From positions 16,869,714 through 16,933,713 of the forward strand of contig NC_068981.1 of the NCBI RefSeq assembly GCF_001194135.2: 64,000 bases of DNA, read 5' to 3'. This DNA comes from Octopus bimaculoides. Its lineage: Eukaryota. Positions 25,430 through 37,446 of this stretch are shown piece by piece. How positions within the stretch are numbered: the stretch's first letter is position 1; every line of letters starts with the position of its first letter. The position numbers were made by a program, and so were the translations under genes. Under the pieces are notes generated by a model. That model was not told the origin of the DNA. It searched no databases and saw nothing but the letters and a program-made list of their open reading frames with translations.

Positions 25430-25970
25430 CATTCGACATTTATGTCCAAAGTAATAACATTTTCCATCTAACCGACTTTGACAGCAATCTGTTCCCTGTC
25501 ACCTCTAGAAACCTTACCTGCTCCTAAGTCCATCTTGTATATCCAGTAATAGCTAAAAGGATCTTTTACATTTCCTTTGTTCCATCTCTTTTGTTTTGTC
25601 TGATATTTTCTGCGTATCAATTTCTAATCTCGTTTGATTCGTTACAGAAACCCCTGCATAAAATACTTAACCATTTGCATTTTATATTTGAAACTTTCTT
25701 ATTTGCATTGTATACGTAGTAAATGTCAGTAACTACTATTAAATCTAGTTTCGTGTCTCGAAATGGAGAGATACAGTGACTAATGTGCCGGCCATTTTCA
25801 TCTCTGATGTTACAACGTGTTGGAAATTTGTACATGTTGAAGTATATCTTTACATAATGAAGATAAATTGAATTATATTGAAGTACTGTAAGGGTTTCCA
25901 AGCTCGATTAACTACTTTAGAGAAACAACGTCAAATAACTCCATTGTAATACTGGTAATTCCATTATGAA
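25430..25970 (-). mobile_element. Highly decayed R4/Dong-like RT fragment (domains 0-3)
   Basis: Across frameshifts: AWKP (NWK.PG-like), NGRHISHC (NYRPITC-like), EQRKCKRSF*LLLDI (EQKG...QLLID-like), in the expected order. Confidence 0.4.
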
Positions 25971-26149
25971 CTCTGCAAAAGTGAAGAACAAAAGTTCGCT
26001 TCGGTGATCATAGACATGAGAACAAAGGAATATCGAACTAGTTCCGGTAAACTTTTTAGTCTGTCAATCCATTTAATCATATGGATAATTAATTTAGACC
26101 CGTTTAATTGATTGATGCTACCGACATTCTCATATTACAGATATCTTTT

Positions 26150-26323
26150 ATCTATTGCAGTCATCAGACTGCAGGCATGCAGGGGCACCGCCTTGAAGAA
26201 TTTCTTGTTGAATGAATCGACTCCAGTACATATTCTGTTGTTACCCTTGCCGAACCGCTAAGTTAAAAGGGCGTAAAAACACCAACACCAGTTGTCATGC
26301 GATGGTGGGGGGACATGCACACA

Positions 26324-26325
<2 letters not shown>
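26150..26325 (-). mobile_element. SINE family A, 3' half
   Basis: GGGGCACCGCCTTGAAG...GCCGAACCGCTAAGTTA...GGTGGGGGGACA. Confidence 0.75.
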
Positions 26326-26362
<37 letters not shown>

Positions 26363-26442
26363 CATATTCCATTATTCGTTTATTCTTTTATATATTTCAG
26401 TCTTAAGATTGTAGCCGTGCTGGAGCACAGACAATAATTGCA

Positions 26443-26475
<33 letters not shown>

Positions 26476-26481
<6 letters not shown>

Positions 26482-26685
26482 ATATTGGATAAAATCTTTA
26501 TAAGAATTTATCAAGTAGACAGCGTGAAAAAACCCCATAAGGAAAAAAAACCCATCGTTTTTTCCATAAATATATATAATTTATATAAAGGCATTACTAT
26601 ATAGTAATGCCTCACGCTTAGAGGGACTAAATAAGTCAAAACTACCAAAAAATAAGCACATATTTACCGGTAAATATGTGCTTAT
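26476..26685. mobile_element. Unclassified non-autonomous element in (TA)n with two internal perfect palindromes
   Basis: About 115 bp nearly identical to 52109-52232; perfect palindromes at 26589-26612 (24 bp) and 26652-26685 (34 bp). Confidence 0.7.
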
Positions 26686-26701
26686 ATATATATATATATA
26701 T

Positions 26702-27105
26702 AGGCGTAGGAGTGGCTGTGTGGTACGTAGCTTTCTTACGAACCACATGTTTCCGAGTTCAGACCCACTGCGTAGCACCTTGGGCAAGTTTCCTCTACTA
26801 TATCCTCGGGCCAACCAAAGCCTTGTGCGTAGATTTGGTAGACGGAGACTGAAAGAAGCTCGTCGTATACATGTGTATATATGCATGTGTGTGTTTATAT
26901 GTTTGTGTCTGTGTTTTTATCACCCCAAACATCGCTTGACAACAGATGCTGGTGTGTTTACGTCCCCGTAACTTAGAGGTTCGGCAAACGACACCGATAG
27001 AATAAATACTAGGCTTACAAAGAATAAGTCGTGGGGTCGATTTGCTCGACAAAAGGCGGTGTTCCAGCATGACCACAATCACATGACTGAAAAAGTAAAC
27101 GCGTA
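26702..27105 (+). mobile_element. SINE family A, full length
   Basis: AGGCGTAGGAGTGGCTGTGTGG head, GAGTTCAGACCC B-box-like, CACCTTGGGCAAGT, internal microsatellite, tail GGCGGTGTTCCAGCATGACC. Confidence 0.9.
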
Positions 27106-27132
27106 AAAAAGTATATATATATATATATATAC

Positions 27133-27280
27133 ACAGCGGGCTTATTTCAGTTTCCCTCAACCAAATCCACTTACAAGGCGTTAGTCATCCCAAAGCCATA
27201 GTAGAAGATAAATGACCAAGGTGTCACGTAGTGGGACTGAACCTAGGATCATGTGGTTGGTAAGTGAGCGTCTTACTAAC
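27133..27280 (-). mobile_element. SINE family A, 5' half
   Basis: GGGCTTATTTCAGTTTCC...CCAAGGTGTCACGTAGTGGGACTGAACC. Confidence 0.8.
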
Positions 27281-28285
27281 CGAATCTCCTTGAAATTACA
27301 CTGTGCGTTTGTTAAAAATAGGAATACTGTTTTAGATAAAGTAGTTCTGGGTATAAAGTGTGAATGTAAATAAAAGACGAGATTGCTATGGTTAGAACAT
27401 CTTTAATCAAGGCATCAAAGTGGCGGAATTGGTAGACCGTCTGATATAACATCTCGGAATTTACTGCAATTTTCTGAGCGCTATGTGTTCAATTTCCGCC
27501 GTGAAAGATTTCTTTCCATTTTGTTCGGGTCGACAAAAGTATTTACCACTCCAGAGTCGTTAGTTAGCTAAACTGTAAGAACATGCAACCAGATATCTTG
27601 CAGGTTCTTTTTGTTCTGAGTTCAAATCCTACCAAGATCTACTTAGTGGTAGACTAAATCCAACAATTTTAAAATGCCACCACGTTGCACCAACCTCGGA
27701 TCGTTGATCGAACACCACTCTGTTTCAATTATTTGGGCCAAGTCTCCGGACTGAGGGTTCATATCTTCTGTCTTCTTGCCATTCTCGCAAGCCCTGCAAA
27801 AATTAATGAGACACTACTGCCCGCCTGATTAAAAGATGAAGTAAAATATAATTATTCCACCGTTGGAATGAACGCAGAACCTCATAGCTCAGAACGAACT
27901 TGTTAATGATACAATCATTTCTATGTTATATCAACACCTTAGCATCCAAAATTTAAATCTCTCCCTAAGTCAAAAAGAAGAAACGCTAGCAGGTTACCAA
28001 ACCACTAATACAGATTCCTTCACAATTTTATACCAGAGAAAAAAAATGGTTGAATTCTATGATAATATATGCTGTTTTTGCAGATGTTCTTTGAACTAAA
28101 TGCAACAATAATCCATTCTATATAAATGGTACTTCATACGCATTCTATTCGAAATTTGTCTTAATCCGATTATGTAATTCTTCAGAATAGCTTCAATCTG
28201 ATGGAAAAAATTTCACAGATGTACATCATACTTACTGAATATTTTGTTTTACTCACAACATGATTGTGTGGGCTATAGATTTATG

Positions 28286-28330
<45 letters not shown>

Positions 28331-28432
28331 NNNNNNNNNNNNNNNNNNNNNNNNNNNNNNNNNNNNNNNNNNNNNNNNNNNNNNNNNNNNNNNNNNNNNN
28401 NNNNNNNNNNNNNNNNNNNNNNNNNNNNNNNN

Positions 28433-28466
<34 letters not shown>

Positions 28467-28470
<4 letters not shown>

Positions 28471-29173
28471 AAAAGTTTTGAGCCTAACCTAGAAACTGGG
28501 CTGCTATATAGCTGAAACAATTTTTTCTGGTCAGTACAGTTTTTCCTGAGTATTCTTGATCATTTCAATGATTCTGATATTTTTTATTATTTTTTGTTGT
28601 TGCAGATTTTTGAATAAACAAGTGTCGAGGAACATGGAGAAAACTGAGTATCATGCTGTCATAAAGTAACTTCATTTGAAAGGCATGACTCCATCAAAAA
28701 TCCATGAAGATATGGTGAGAACCTTAACAGATAAGGCTCCTCATATCCAACAGTCAAACGTTTGGTAAATGAATTCAAGCGTGGCAGGGAGAGTGTGGAA
28801 GATGATCCCAGACCAAGGAAAACCTCCAGCTGCAACCATCAAGGACAACCTCATGTCGTCAGATACCCGAGAGATGAGCATTTCAATTGAATGAGCAGAC
28901 AACATTGTGACAAAAGAATTTGAATTCTCAAAAGTTTCTCCAAGGTGGGCCCCTCGCCTTTTGACTCCTGAACAGAAACGCACCAGGTGCACTCTGTCCA
29001 CGAGCAATCAGGAACTGTTTGAAGCCGATGAAGAGAATTTTCCATTATTATGGACGAAAGTTGGGTTCATCACTACCAGCCTGAAATCAAAGAACAATCA
29101 AAGCACTGGAAGTACACCTCTTCTCCTACTCCAAAAAGGCCAGGGTCATTCTTTCAGCTGGGGCAAGTTCATG
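28467..29173 (+). mobile_element. mariner transposon remnant (irritans/Hsmar2-like), 5' half of transposase
   Basis: From ATG at 28634: MEKTEYHAVIK*LHLKG...EFKRGRESVEDDPRP; then SKVSPRWAPRLLTPEQK (WVPHEL motif) and MDESWVHHYQPEIKEQSKHW (first catalytic D); frameshifts and stops. Confidence 0.9.
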
Positions 29174-29267
29174 TATATATATATACATGTATGTATGCAT
29201 GTATCAAAGAAGTAAAATATGGAGATTGGGAAGTTAACAATTGTTCATTATTAACAGAAAATTGGCC

Positions 29268-29501
29268 ATCTTCGGTGAGCTGGCAGACACGTTACCCCGC
29301 CGGGCGAAATACTTAGCAGTTTTTCGTCTGCCGTTATCTTCTGAGTTCCAATTCCGCCGAGGTCGACTTTGCCTTTAATTCCTTTCGGGTTCGATAAATT
29401 AAGTACCAGTTACGCACTGGGTCGATGTAATCAACTTATTTCCTTTGTCTGTCCTTGTTTATCCCCTCTATGTTTTGCCCCTTGTGGGCATTAAAGAAAT
29501 A
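29268..29501 (+). mobile_element. SINE family C, young subfamily with 12-bp TSD
   Basis: Well-preserved head and core; tail TAAAGAAATA; AGAAAATTGGCC at 29256-29267 and 29502-29513. Confidence 0.9.
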
Positions 29502-29679
29502 AGAAAATTGGCCTACTTCACTTACGGCCGTTTCTAGTAATACTCAATAAATATTAAATTTTCATTGATGCGACATGAGCATAATATCATCAGAAAAAAA
29601 AATGCACCTTTGGATGCTATATGTGTGTTTGTGAATTCATTTTAGCAGATTCTATACACACACATACACACACACACAC

Positions 29680-29714
<35 letters not shown>

Positions 29715-29794
29715 TCAAATTCCTGCAATGCGATACTTATACATATCTTAATCGAACATGTTACAGAGATAGCGTATTTCAACACTATCGTATT

Positions 29795-29960
29795 CTTAGC
29801 AAACCTATACACTCAGTAACCTAGCGGTTCGTCAAAAGTGACCGATAGAATAAGTGCTAGGCTTCCAAAGAATTAGTCCTGGGGGCGATTTGCTCGACTA
29901 AAGGCGGTGCTCCAGCATGGCGGCAGTCAATTGCCTGGAACAAGTAAAAGAGTAAAAGAG
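29795..29960 (+). mobile_element. SINE family A, 3' half
   Basis: TAGCGGTTCG...GACCGATAGAATAAGTGCTAGGC...GCTCGACTAAAGGCGGTGCTCCAGCATGG...GTAAAAGAGTAAAAGAG. Confidence 0.85.
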
Positions 29961-30626
29961 AGGGAGAGAGTGTGTTCTAGATTTGGTAAGCTCTATCACT
30001 CGGTGCTGATACAACTTTAATACGAGTAAGATGGTGGTAAAGTCTTCTACCTTTGCAACATTTTCATCTGTCAAGTATGTGATCAATTAAGCTGCGTTAT
30101 GTGTTGCATTGCAGCGTTTTGAGGCTTACTATTCTATTTGAAACGTACGTAACTGATAAATTATTAACAATTTTCCATCCTTTCATGCGTTTTCTATCAT
30201 AATCTGTGATTTTATATTGAATTTATACTGAATATATTCAGTATTCGAATTTCGGATTTTCGAACTTGACAGGTGGAAGAAAGTGATTTTACAACATACG
30301 TGGATTATTTTGGTATTCACTGGAGAATTTAGTTAGCCGGTTTTGATACTTACAGAGTGCTTTTAAAGTATTGTTATATAAGTATAAAGGATGATCAGGA
30401 TTTTGAAGTTTTCAAATACAAACAATAGTACCATTTCCAGGGAGCGATAAATGCTTTCGTAGAGAAAATGTAAAGAAACTAGTGAAACAGATAAGCAACA
30501 GATCATTACGTAACCGCAGGCGGAATACAGAAAGTTGTTTAAAATATATGAAATAACGCAAAAGAATGTTAAATTGTGAAACATCACTTCGTTTGATTCA
30601 ACTAAAGAACTGTGTAGGGTCTACTT

Positions 30627-30868
30627 CAAAAATTAAGATAGATAGATAGATAGATAAATAAATACATACATACATACATACATACATACATACATACATA
30701 CATACATGGATGGATGGATGGATGGATGGATAGATGGATAGATCGATAGATCGATAGATATATAGACAGACAGACAGATAGACAGACAGATAGAAATATA
30801 GGTAGGTAGGTAGATTGGTAGATAGATAGATTGATAGACAGACAGACAGACGGACGGACGGACAGACG

Positions 30869-30934
<66 letters not shown>

Positions 30935-30935
30935 C
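30627..30935. repeat. Compound tetranucleotide microsatellite (GATA, CATA, GGAT, GACA, GGTA, GACG)
   Basis: Directly visible. Confidence 0.95.
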
Positions 30936-30974
30936 CGGTGATAAAATCACGCATTTAAAAATGCAGAAATAGAA

Positions 30975-31133
30975 GGAAGAAGAAGAAGAAGAAGAAGAAG
31001 AAGAAGAAGAAGAAGAAGAAGAAGAAGAAGAAGAAGAAGAAGAAGAAGAAGAAGAAGAAGAAGAAGAAGAAGAAGAAGAAGAAGAAGAAGAAGAAGAAGA
31101 AGAAGAAGAAGAAGAAGAAGAAGAAGAAGAAGC
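30975..31133. repeat. (GAA)n microsatellite, ~50 units
   Basis: Directly visible; explains the poly-L ORF 30947..31282. Confidence 0.97.
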
Positions 31134-31579
31134 TTCACTACCATGGTGACAAGATCTGTGGAAGGAGAAAGGAATGAAAACCAGATAAGATAAGGGAATG
31201 AGAAAGAGAGCGGTGATAATCGTCGTAATCTCCCTGCAGCATGTGTCTCTTCATGAATGCATATTTTGTGAAGTATACCCATAGGGTATCAATTAACCAG
31301 TTGAATATTGTGACGTTCATGTTTTCTGACGCAGGAATAGATTAAGCATCAGTTTGATTTTATCTTTCAGAGGGAGATAAATAATTGTTGTTGATAGCAA
31401 CAGATATATCTAGAACCTTCAACATAGCAACGTCGTCTGCATGGAAAAGAAATAGTTAAGTCAATGATTAAATCAGAATTTCGCATGCAATGAGAGGAAG
31501 ATATCTTCAATGTAAATGGTAATATTACAGTGTTTCAATTTACAAAGTCTCACTCATGTATGAGTCACACTCACCTTCA

Positions 31580-31630
31580 AAAGCCTCGTCAGTGGATTTG
31601 GTGGACGGAAACTAAAAGTAGCCCGTCGTG

Positions 31631-31713
<83 letters not shown>

Positions 31714-32045
31714 GTGTGTTTGTGTGTCTGTCTACATCTATGTGTATGTGTCTGTCTGTGTATCTACGTGTGTGTATGTGTGTATCTATGTTCGTGCATG
31801 TGTGTGGGTGTTTGTGTGTTTGTGTGTGTGTGTCTGTCTATGTGTCTGTTCTCCATCACCACTTGACAAACGGTGTTATGCGTTTCTGTCCCCCTAACTT
31901 AGCGGTTATTCGAAAGAGACCGATAGAACAAGTACAAGGCTAAAATAAATAAGTATTGAGGCCGATTCATTCAACTGAAAGTTCTTCTAAGCCGTGCCCC
32001 AGCATGGCCGCAGTCTAATGACTGAAACAAGTAAGAAGCAAAAGG
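31580..32045 (+). mobile_element. SINE family A (5'-truncated) with ~200-bp expanded internal (GT)n
   Basis: AAGCCTCGTCAGTGGATTTGGTGGACGGAAACT, GT array, then tail CTTAGCGGTT...GTGCCCCAGCATGGCCGCAGTC. Confidence 0.85.
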
Positions 32046-32643
32046 CTATATATACGCACAAAGCGGTTGCGAATAGAAGTAGAACGATTAGTGTTGGGAA
32101 AACATCTCAAGGCATTTGTTCTGCTTTTTACGCTCTGAATTCAAACCTCGCTGAGTTCAACTTTGCTTCTGAATTTTTCTAAATTTATACCTGTATACGC
32201 ACATAGTAGTATGTATGACAGTGGGTGCGAAATACACAGAGCAGTACACGTACACTCACACACACATACACATGCACACACACACATATAAATATTTGTA
32301 ATGAAGTAAGAAATGGAAGGAAGTTCAGAAGATTGCAGTCACGTGATTTTGCTTTCGATTTCATTCTGCAAACAGTTTCAGGAAGTGTAAAAGGAATGAA
32401 ACTTATATTAGGCTGTCGTGGGGCTTTGTATTGGTTCGTGACATAAACTCTTGCCCTATTCAAGACAGCCGCTTGGCATTGATTGACTACAATGACGTCC
32501 ATACTTAGGTAAGAATTTTAAGCAGATATCCGATATGAGATTAGACAGTGAATCATAGCTTCCTCATCTTTTCCATACACCTGTGACAAAGACATTGTAA
32601 AAAGTACAGAGCAACGACTTTCCTTCTTTTACTGGTGTACAAG

Positions 32644-32675
<32 letters not shown>

Positions 32676-33277
32676 ACCATATATATATATATATATATAT
32701 ANNNNNNNNNNNNNNNNNNNNNNNNNNNNNNNNNNNNNNNNNNNNNNNNNNNNNNNNNNNNNNNNNNNNNNNNNNNNNNNNNNNNNNNNNNNNNNNNNNN
32801 NNNNNNNNNNNNNNNNNNNNNNNNNNNNNNNNNNNNNNNNNNNNNNNNNNNNNNNNNNNNNNNNNNNNNNNNNNNNNNNNNNNNNNNNNNNNNNNNNNNN
32901 NNNNNNNNNNNNNNNNNNNNNNNNNNNNNNNNNNNNNNNNNNNNNNNNNNNNNNNNNNNNNNNNNNNNNNNNNNNNNNNNNNNNNNNNNNNNNNNNNNNN
33001 NNNNNNNNNNNNNNNNNNNNNNNNNNNNNNNNNNNNNNNNNNNNNNNNNNNNNNNNNNNNNNNNNNNNNNNNNNNNNNNNNNNNNNNNNNNNNNNNNNNN
33101 NNNNNNNNNNNNNNNNNNNNNNNNNNNNNNNNNNNNNNNNNNNNNNNNNNNNNNNNNNNNNNNNNNNNNNNNNNNNNNNNNNNNNNNNNNNNNNNNNNNN
33201 NNNNNNNNNNNNNNNNNNNNNNNNNNNNNNNNNNNNNNNNNNNNNNNNNNNNNNNNNNNNNNNNNNNNNNNNNNNNN

Positions 33278-33312
<35 letters not shown>

Positions 33313-34189
33313 GTACGTATGTATGTATGTATGTATATACGGAAACACGTGTATACATCGTGTATACTTTATATCTGTATATGTTATTCTTCAAAGAAAA
33401 CAGTTTCCAAAGAATATTATTGAGTGCCAAGATTAGTGAGTTGATACGAAATTGGTGATACATTATCTACTGCCACGATCTGTCTGACAGTGATCAATAA
33501 TCAAATATCGAATCATCTTTATGGTTGAATATTTCGTTCCTCGCCTCTGTATCAGGAACACCTGGCCACCAAAAATCAATCTGATCAATGATCTTTCTGA
33601 AATCTACCTTTTTTTTTTTTGTTCTTACGCCTGCCATTTGCACCTGCGATCATGTATAATGTTAGAACTAGATCATAAGTAATTTAGCTGTTACGTCTAG
33701 AAGTTCTTCCAACAGCAATGCTGTACTTACGTTTGTTCTTCATATTTGCGTTATTTGGCTGATATTTCTAGCAAGATCGTACGATAGCTTTGGATCCAGT
33801 TAATATATCGTAAGTTTTTTGAGATTTTGAAAATCTTTCAGATCCTGTTGATTTTGTACACAGTATATTTCAGGAACGAAACACTCTACACAGCTACGAT
33901 ATCACGCCATGTTTATAGAACAAGGTTTGTCATCATCACCGTTGTCGCCTTAGTCGTCTTTGCCGATGCCGTCGTTATCGTCGTCTTCGTAATCCTGCCT
34001 GCAGTCGTTCCTGTTGTTGTTGTAGCCATAGACATCATCATTGTTATTGTTGTTGGTGCAGTTTTATGTTTTTATATATTTTAGTTCCGCCGATGTCATC
34101 ATGGTCGTCATCATCGTCGTTGCTGTTGTTTTTAGTTCCTTCGACCTCGTCCTCGTTCGCATTGTTGTTGTCATTTACTTCCACCTCTA

Positions 34190-34440
34190 CCCTGATTGAT
34201 CAGACTTATTCATCAAAGGTATCCAGCAACTCCTATCACCGTCTTCTAAGTGTATGCAGCCCTACATTATCTAATGTCCCTTTCCTTATGCCAGAAGTCA
34301 TTGTATGATTTGAAGGAATGTTCGCCGCCATTTGAAACAAATCTGGCCACTATACAGAGACTCTTAACCTGGTTCATGTCAACAGTTCATAGTACACAAT
34401 ATGTGGGAGAGATCAGGCTGAATGCCATAATTTTCTATAC
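34190..34440 (-). mobile_element. Decayed 3' end of a CR1/L2-like LINE (similar pieces at ~60810-60945 and ~62335-62500, + strand)
   Basis: Minus-strand translation IVARFVSN and GTLDNVGLHTLRRR**ELLDTF resembles the CR1-type RRAARFV...LG..TL..RR..DL..TF C-terminus; nucleotide similarity among the three pieces. Confidence 0.45.
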
Positions 34441-34456
34441 TTTAGTACGAATGCTT

Positions 34457-35100
34457 TAAGGTGGCGAGATGGCAGAATCGTTAGCACGCCGGGTGAAATG
34501 CTTAGCGGTATTTCGTCTGCCGTTACGTTCTGAGTTCAAATTCCGCCAAGGTCGACTTTGCCTTTCATCCCTTCGGGGTGGATAAGTTAAGTACCAGTTA
34601 CGCACTGGGGTTGATGTAATCGAGTTAATCTCTCTGTCTGTCCTTGTTTGTCCCCTCTATGTTTAGCCCTTTGTAGGTAATAAAGAAATAAGAATCGTTA
34701 GCATGCGGGGCAAAATGCTTATCGGCATTTAGTCCGCCATTATGCTGAGGTTGACTTTGCCTTTCATCCTTTCAGAGCAATAAAATAAGCACCAGTCAAG
34801 CACTGGGGTCAATGTAATTGACTTACATTCTTTCCCGAAATGGATGGACTTGTGCTTTCGATGCGTTAGATTCTCAGTTCAAACCCTACCGATGTTAACC
34901 TTGTTTTTCATCCCTTCAAGTTCGATATCATAAATTTACAGTTGGAGGAGTAACGTAATTCTTCCTTGGAAATTGTACCTAAATCAGAAACCATTGTTTA
35001 AGAATATTTACGTGTCGTTATATTCTGAGCTCAAATCATGCCGAGGTCTAAATTGTTTTCCATCTATATCAGAGTCGATAAAATAAAATACCAACCAAAT
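34457..35100 (+). mobile_element. Cluster of SINE C: a young copy (34487-34690) nested in the head of an older copy, plus two older fragments
   Basis: AGAATCGTTAGCA duplicated at 34474-34486 and 34691-34703; further GAGTTCAAA/GACTTTGCC cores at ~34750, ~34875 and ~35025. Confidence 0.85.
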
Positions 35101-35277
35101 ATTGGGACGGATATTATGAACTGTCTCCTCACTCAAAACTGCTGAATTTCTACCTAGATTATTTAAGAAAATTTGGCAGCAAACTTGCAGATTAATAAGA
35201 GCACCGGAATAAAAGTGCCTTCCAAATCTCTCCAGAGTCAATTTAACATTGATCTTTCGCATTCGATTTCGATAAAT

Positions 35278-35442
35278 TAAGGCGCGGTCGTGGGATGAGA
35301 GTTTTGCTTCCCAACTGCATGGTTCCGGGTTCGGTACTCCTGCGTGGCACCATAGACAAGTGTCTTGTACTATAGCCCCGGGCCGACGATAGCTCTTTGA
35401 GTGGACTTAATAAATGAAAATTGCATGGAAGATTGTCGTATA
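35278..35442 (+). mobile_element. SINE family A, 5' half running into an N-gap
   Basis: CATGGTTCCGGGTTCGGTACTCCTGCGTGGCACC...CAAGTGTCTTGTACTATAGCCCCGGGCCGAC. Confidence 0.8.
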
Positions 35443-35710
35443 TATATANNNNNNNNNNNNNNNNNNNNNNNNNNNNNNNNNNNNNNNNNNNNNNNNNNNN
35501 NNNNNNNNNNNNNNNNNNNNNNNNNNNNNNNNNNNNNNNNNNNNNNNNNNNNNNNNNNNNNNNNNNNNNNNNNNNNNNNNNNNNNNNNNNNNNNNNNNNN
35601 NNNNNNNNNNNNNNNNNNNNNNNNNNNNNNNNNNNNNNNNNNNNNNNNNNNNNNNNNNNNNNNNNNNNNNNNNNNNNNNNNNNNNNNNNNNNNNNNNNNN
35701 NNNNNNNNNN

Positions 35711-35753
<43 letters not shown>

Positions 35754-35816
35754 CATATATATTAATAAATCTGAGGGTAGGAAAAAGATTTTTAGAAATT
35801 CCATTTGCTACCACTG

Positions 35817-36163
35817 GTAATGTAATTCTGGATACTCTGGCAAAGCCTGAATAATGTTCCCCGAGTCACTCCTAAAACGCCCGAGTAATATAGAAGTAAA
35901 TACTTCTCAAATTACTGAATAATGTAGACCTGGATACTCCTGAAACCCCTCAGCAATATTATCCTAGAGTCTAAGATACAAGCACAAAGCTTGGTATTGT
36001 TGTGCAAGATATTGCTACACACCTCTGTGATGTTGTCCTAGGTATTCGTTAAACACCTGAATACTGTTGTCTTGGATACTCGTACAACATTTGAATAATG
36101 TAGTTCTAGAAACTCCTGCAAAGCCTGAAAAATATTGCCCCGTATAGTCCTTTTCAAAGCCTG
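35817..36163. repeat. Degenerate 34-bp minisatellite, ~10 units
   Basis: Units start at 35849, 35883, 35917, 35951 and at 36059, 36093, 36127; consensus ~GAATAATGTAGTTCTGGATACTCCTGCAAAGCCT. Confidence 0.8.
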
Positions 36164-37255
36164 TACGATAAAAGACTGGTACGTCTTTAATCACTCGTCT
36201 GCCTGGTCATTACTGGCAACAAGAAAAACACAACTGATGGCGACGGGGACGCCAAGGATAATAGCAATTGCATAGCAACAACAGCGGCAACAGCAGCAAC
36301 TAGAACAATAGAGGTATCTTCAGAACTTTGCCATATATTTCTATAGAAGTATGAATTCCTATTTTTCAACTGTTTAATTTCCATTCATAGCTGAGAGCTA
36401 AATTTAAATATGTATTGCAAATTATTAATATTCTAGCTATTAATTTAAATATGTATCCCACCGGCAAGTTAAGAATGAAATATAAAAATATAAAAACAAA
36501 ACACTCATATCTGGTCAGCCACGAACTAATAGCAAACAATGAATTAACCTGTTTACTATGGTAACAATATAGAATTAATTCTTCAGAAATTCTATAGGTT
36601 TAGGCGATGGTTTTTGAAGTGATCCGAAAACGTTTTCGAAAATGTATTCAATAGTAACTGTATGCTTTGATTGATTCATCTAATGTCTCTACTTGATACT
36701 TTCAAATCATGGGTAATTCTTTGCTAATTATATAGCTTACTAAATAGCTTCTTCCTCTGTCTGCGATACACTTTCTCTGGCATCAAAATAATTACCTTCT
36801 TCAAAATGAATTCAAAATAAAATGTCCGCTTTGAAAGACCGGTCTGGTATTACTTAACCGTGTATGTTTTTCTTTACTTTTCTTTATTTTTTTATTATTA
36901 TACTTTTTCTACGTGTCATTGACATTGATAATGTTGAAGTTTAATCAAATTACACTAGGAGCAGTTATTGATTTGTTCCGCTTGAGACAAGTGGAGTGAA
37001 TGAATATAGACAATAACATATAACGTAAGAACCATTGTGTATTGTGTTTACTGTCTCGAAGCTCCGCCATCCAACTTCTGATCTATTGTATAATAGCCTT
37101 TGAAATTAAAACAAGCTAGCAAAGTTTTCAAAGATATATATATGCGTGTCTGTATGTATATGTGTGTGTACGTGTGTGTGCGCGCACGTGTGTGGTTTTG
37201 TGTGCATATATATGTGTGTGTGTGTGCGCGCGCGCGCGTGTGTGTGCGCGCGCGC

Positions 37256-37301
<46 letters not shown>

Positions 37302-37407
37302 ATATTTATGAATGAGTATATGTATACATACATATATACACATATATATATATANNNNNNNNNNAGATAGATAGATAGATATTGATGTAACTGAACAAAT
37401 TTATGAA

Positions 37408-37446
<39 letters not shown>

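Noticed and set aside
25430-25620. Kinase-like reading YKMDLGAGKVSRGDREQIAVKV on the minus strand
   Set aside because: The glycine loop is incomplete, the frame is bounded by stops and lacks a good acceptor; other frames fit R4/Dong RT motifs in the correct order, which is more parsimonious.
25860-25972. LRR-like reading HNGITSITMELFDVVSLK*LIELGNP after a strong-looking acceptor
   Set aside because: It has an in-frame stop and imperfect LxxLxLxxN spacing, and it overlaps the decayed LINE fragment.
35817-36163. Regularly spaced ~34-bp repeats as a CRISPR array
   Set aside because: The units are contiguous and diverged, with no unique spacers and no cas genes, in a eukaryotic context.
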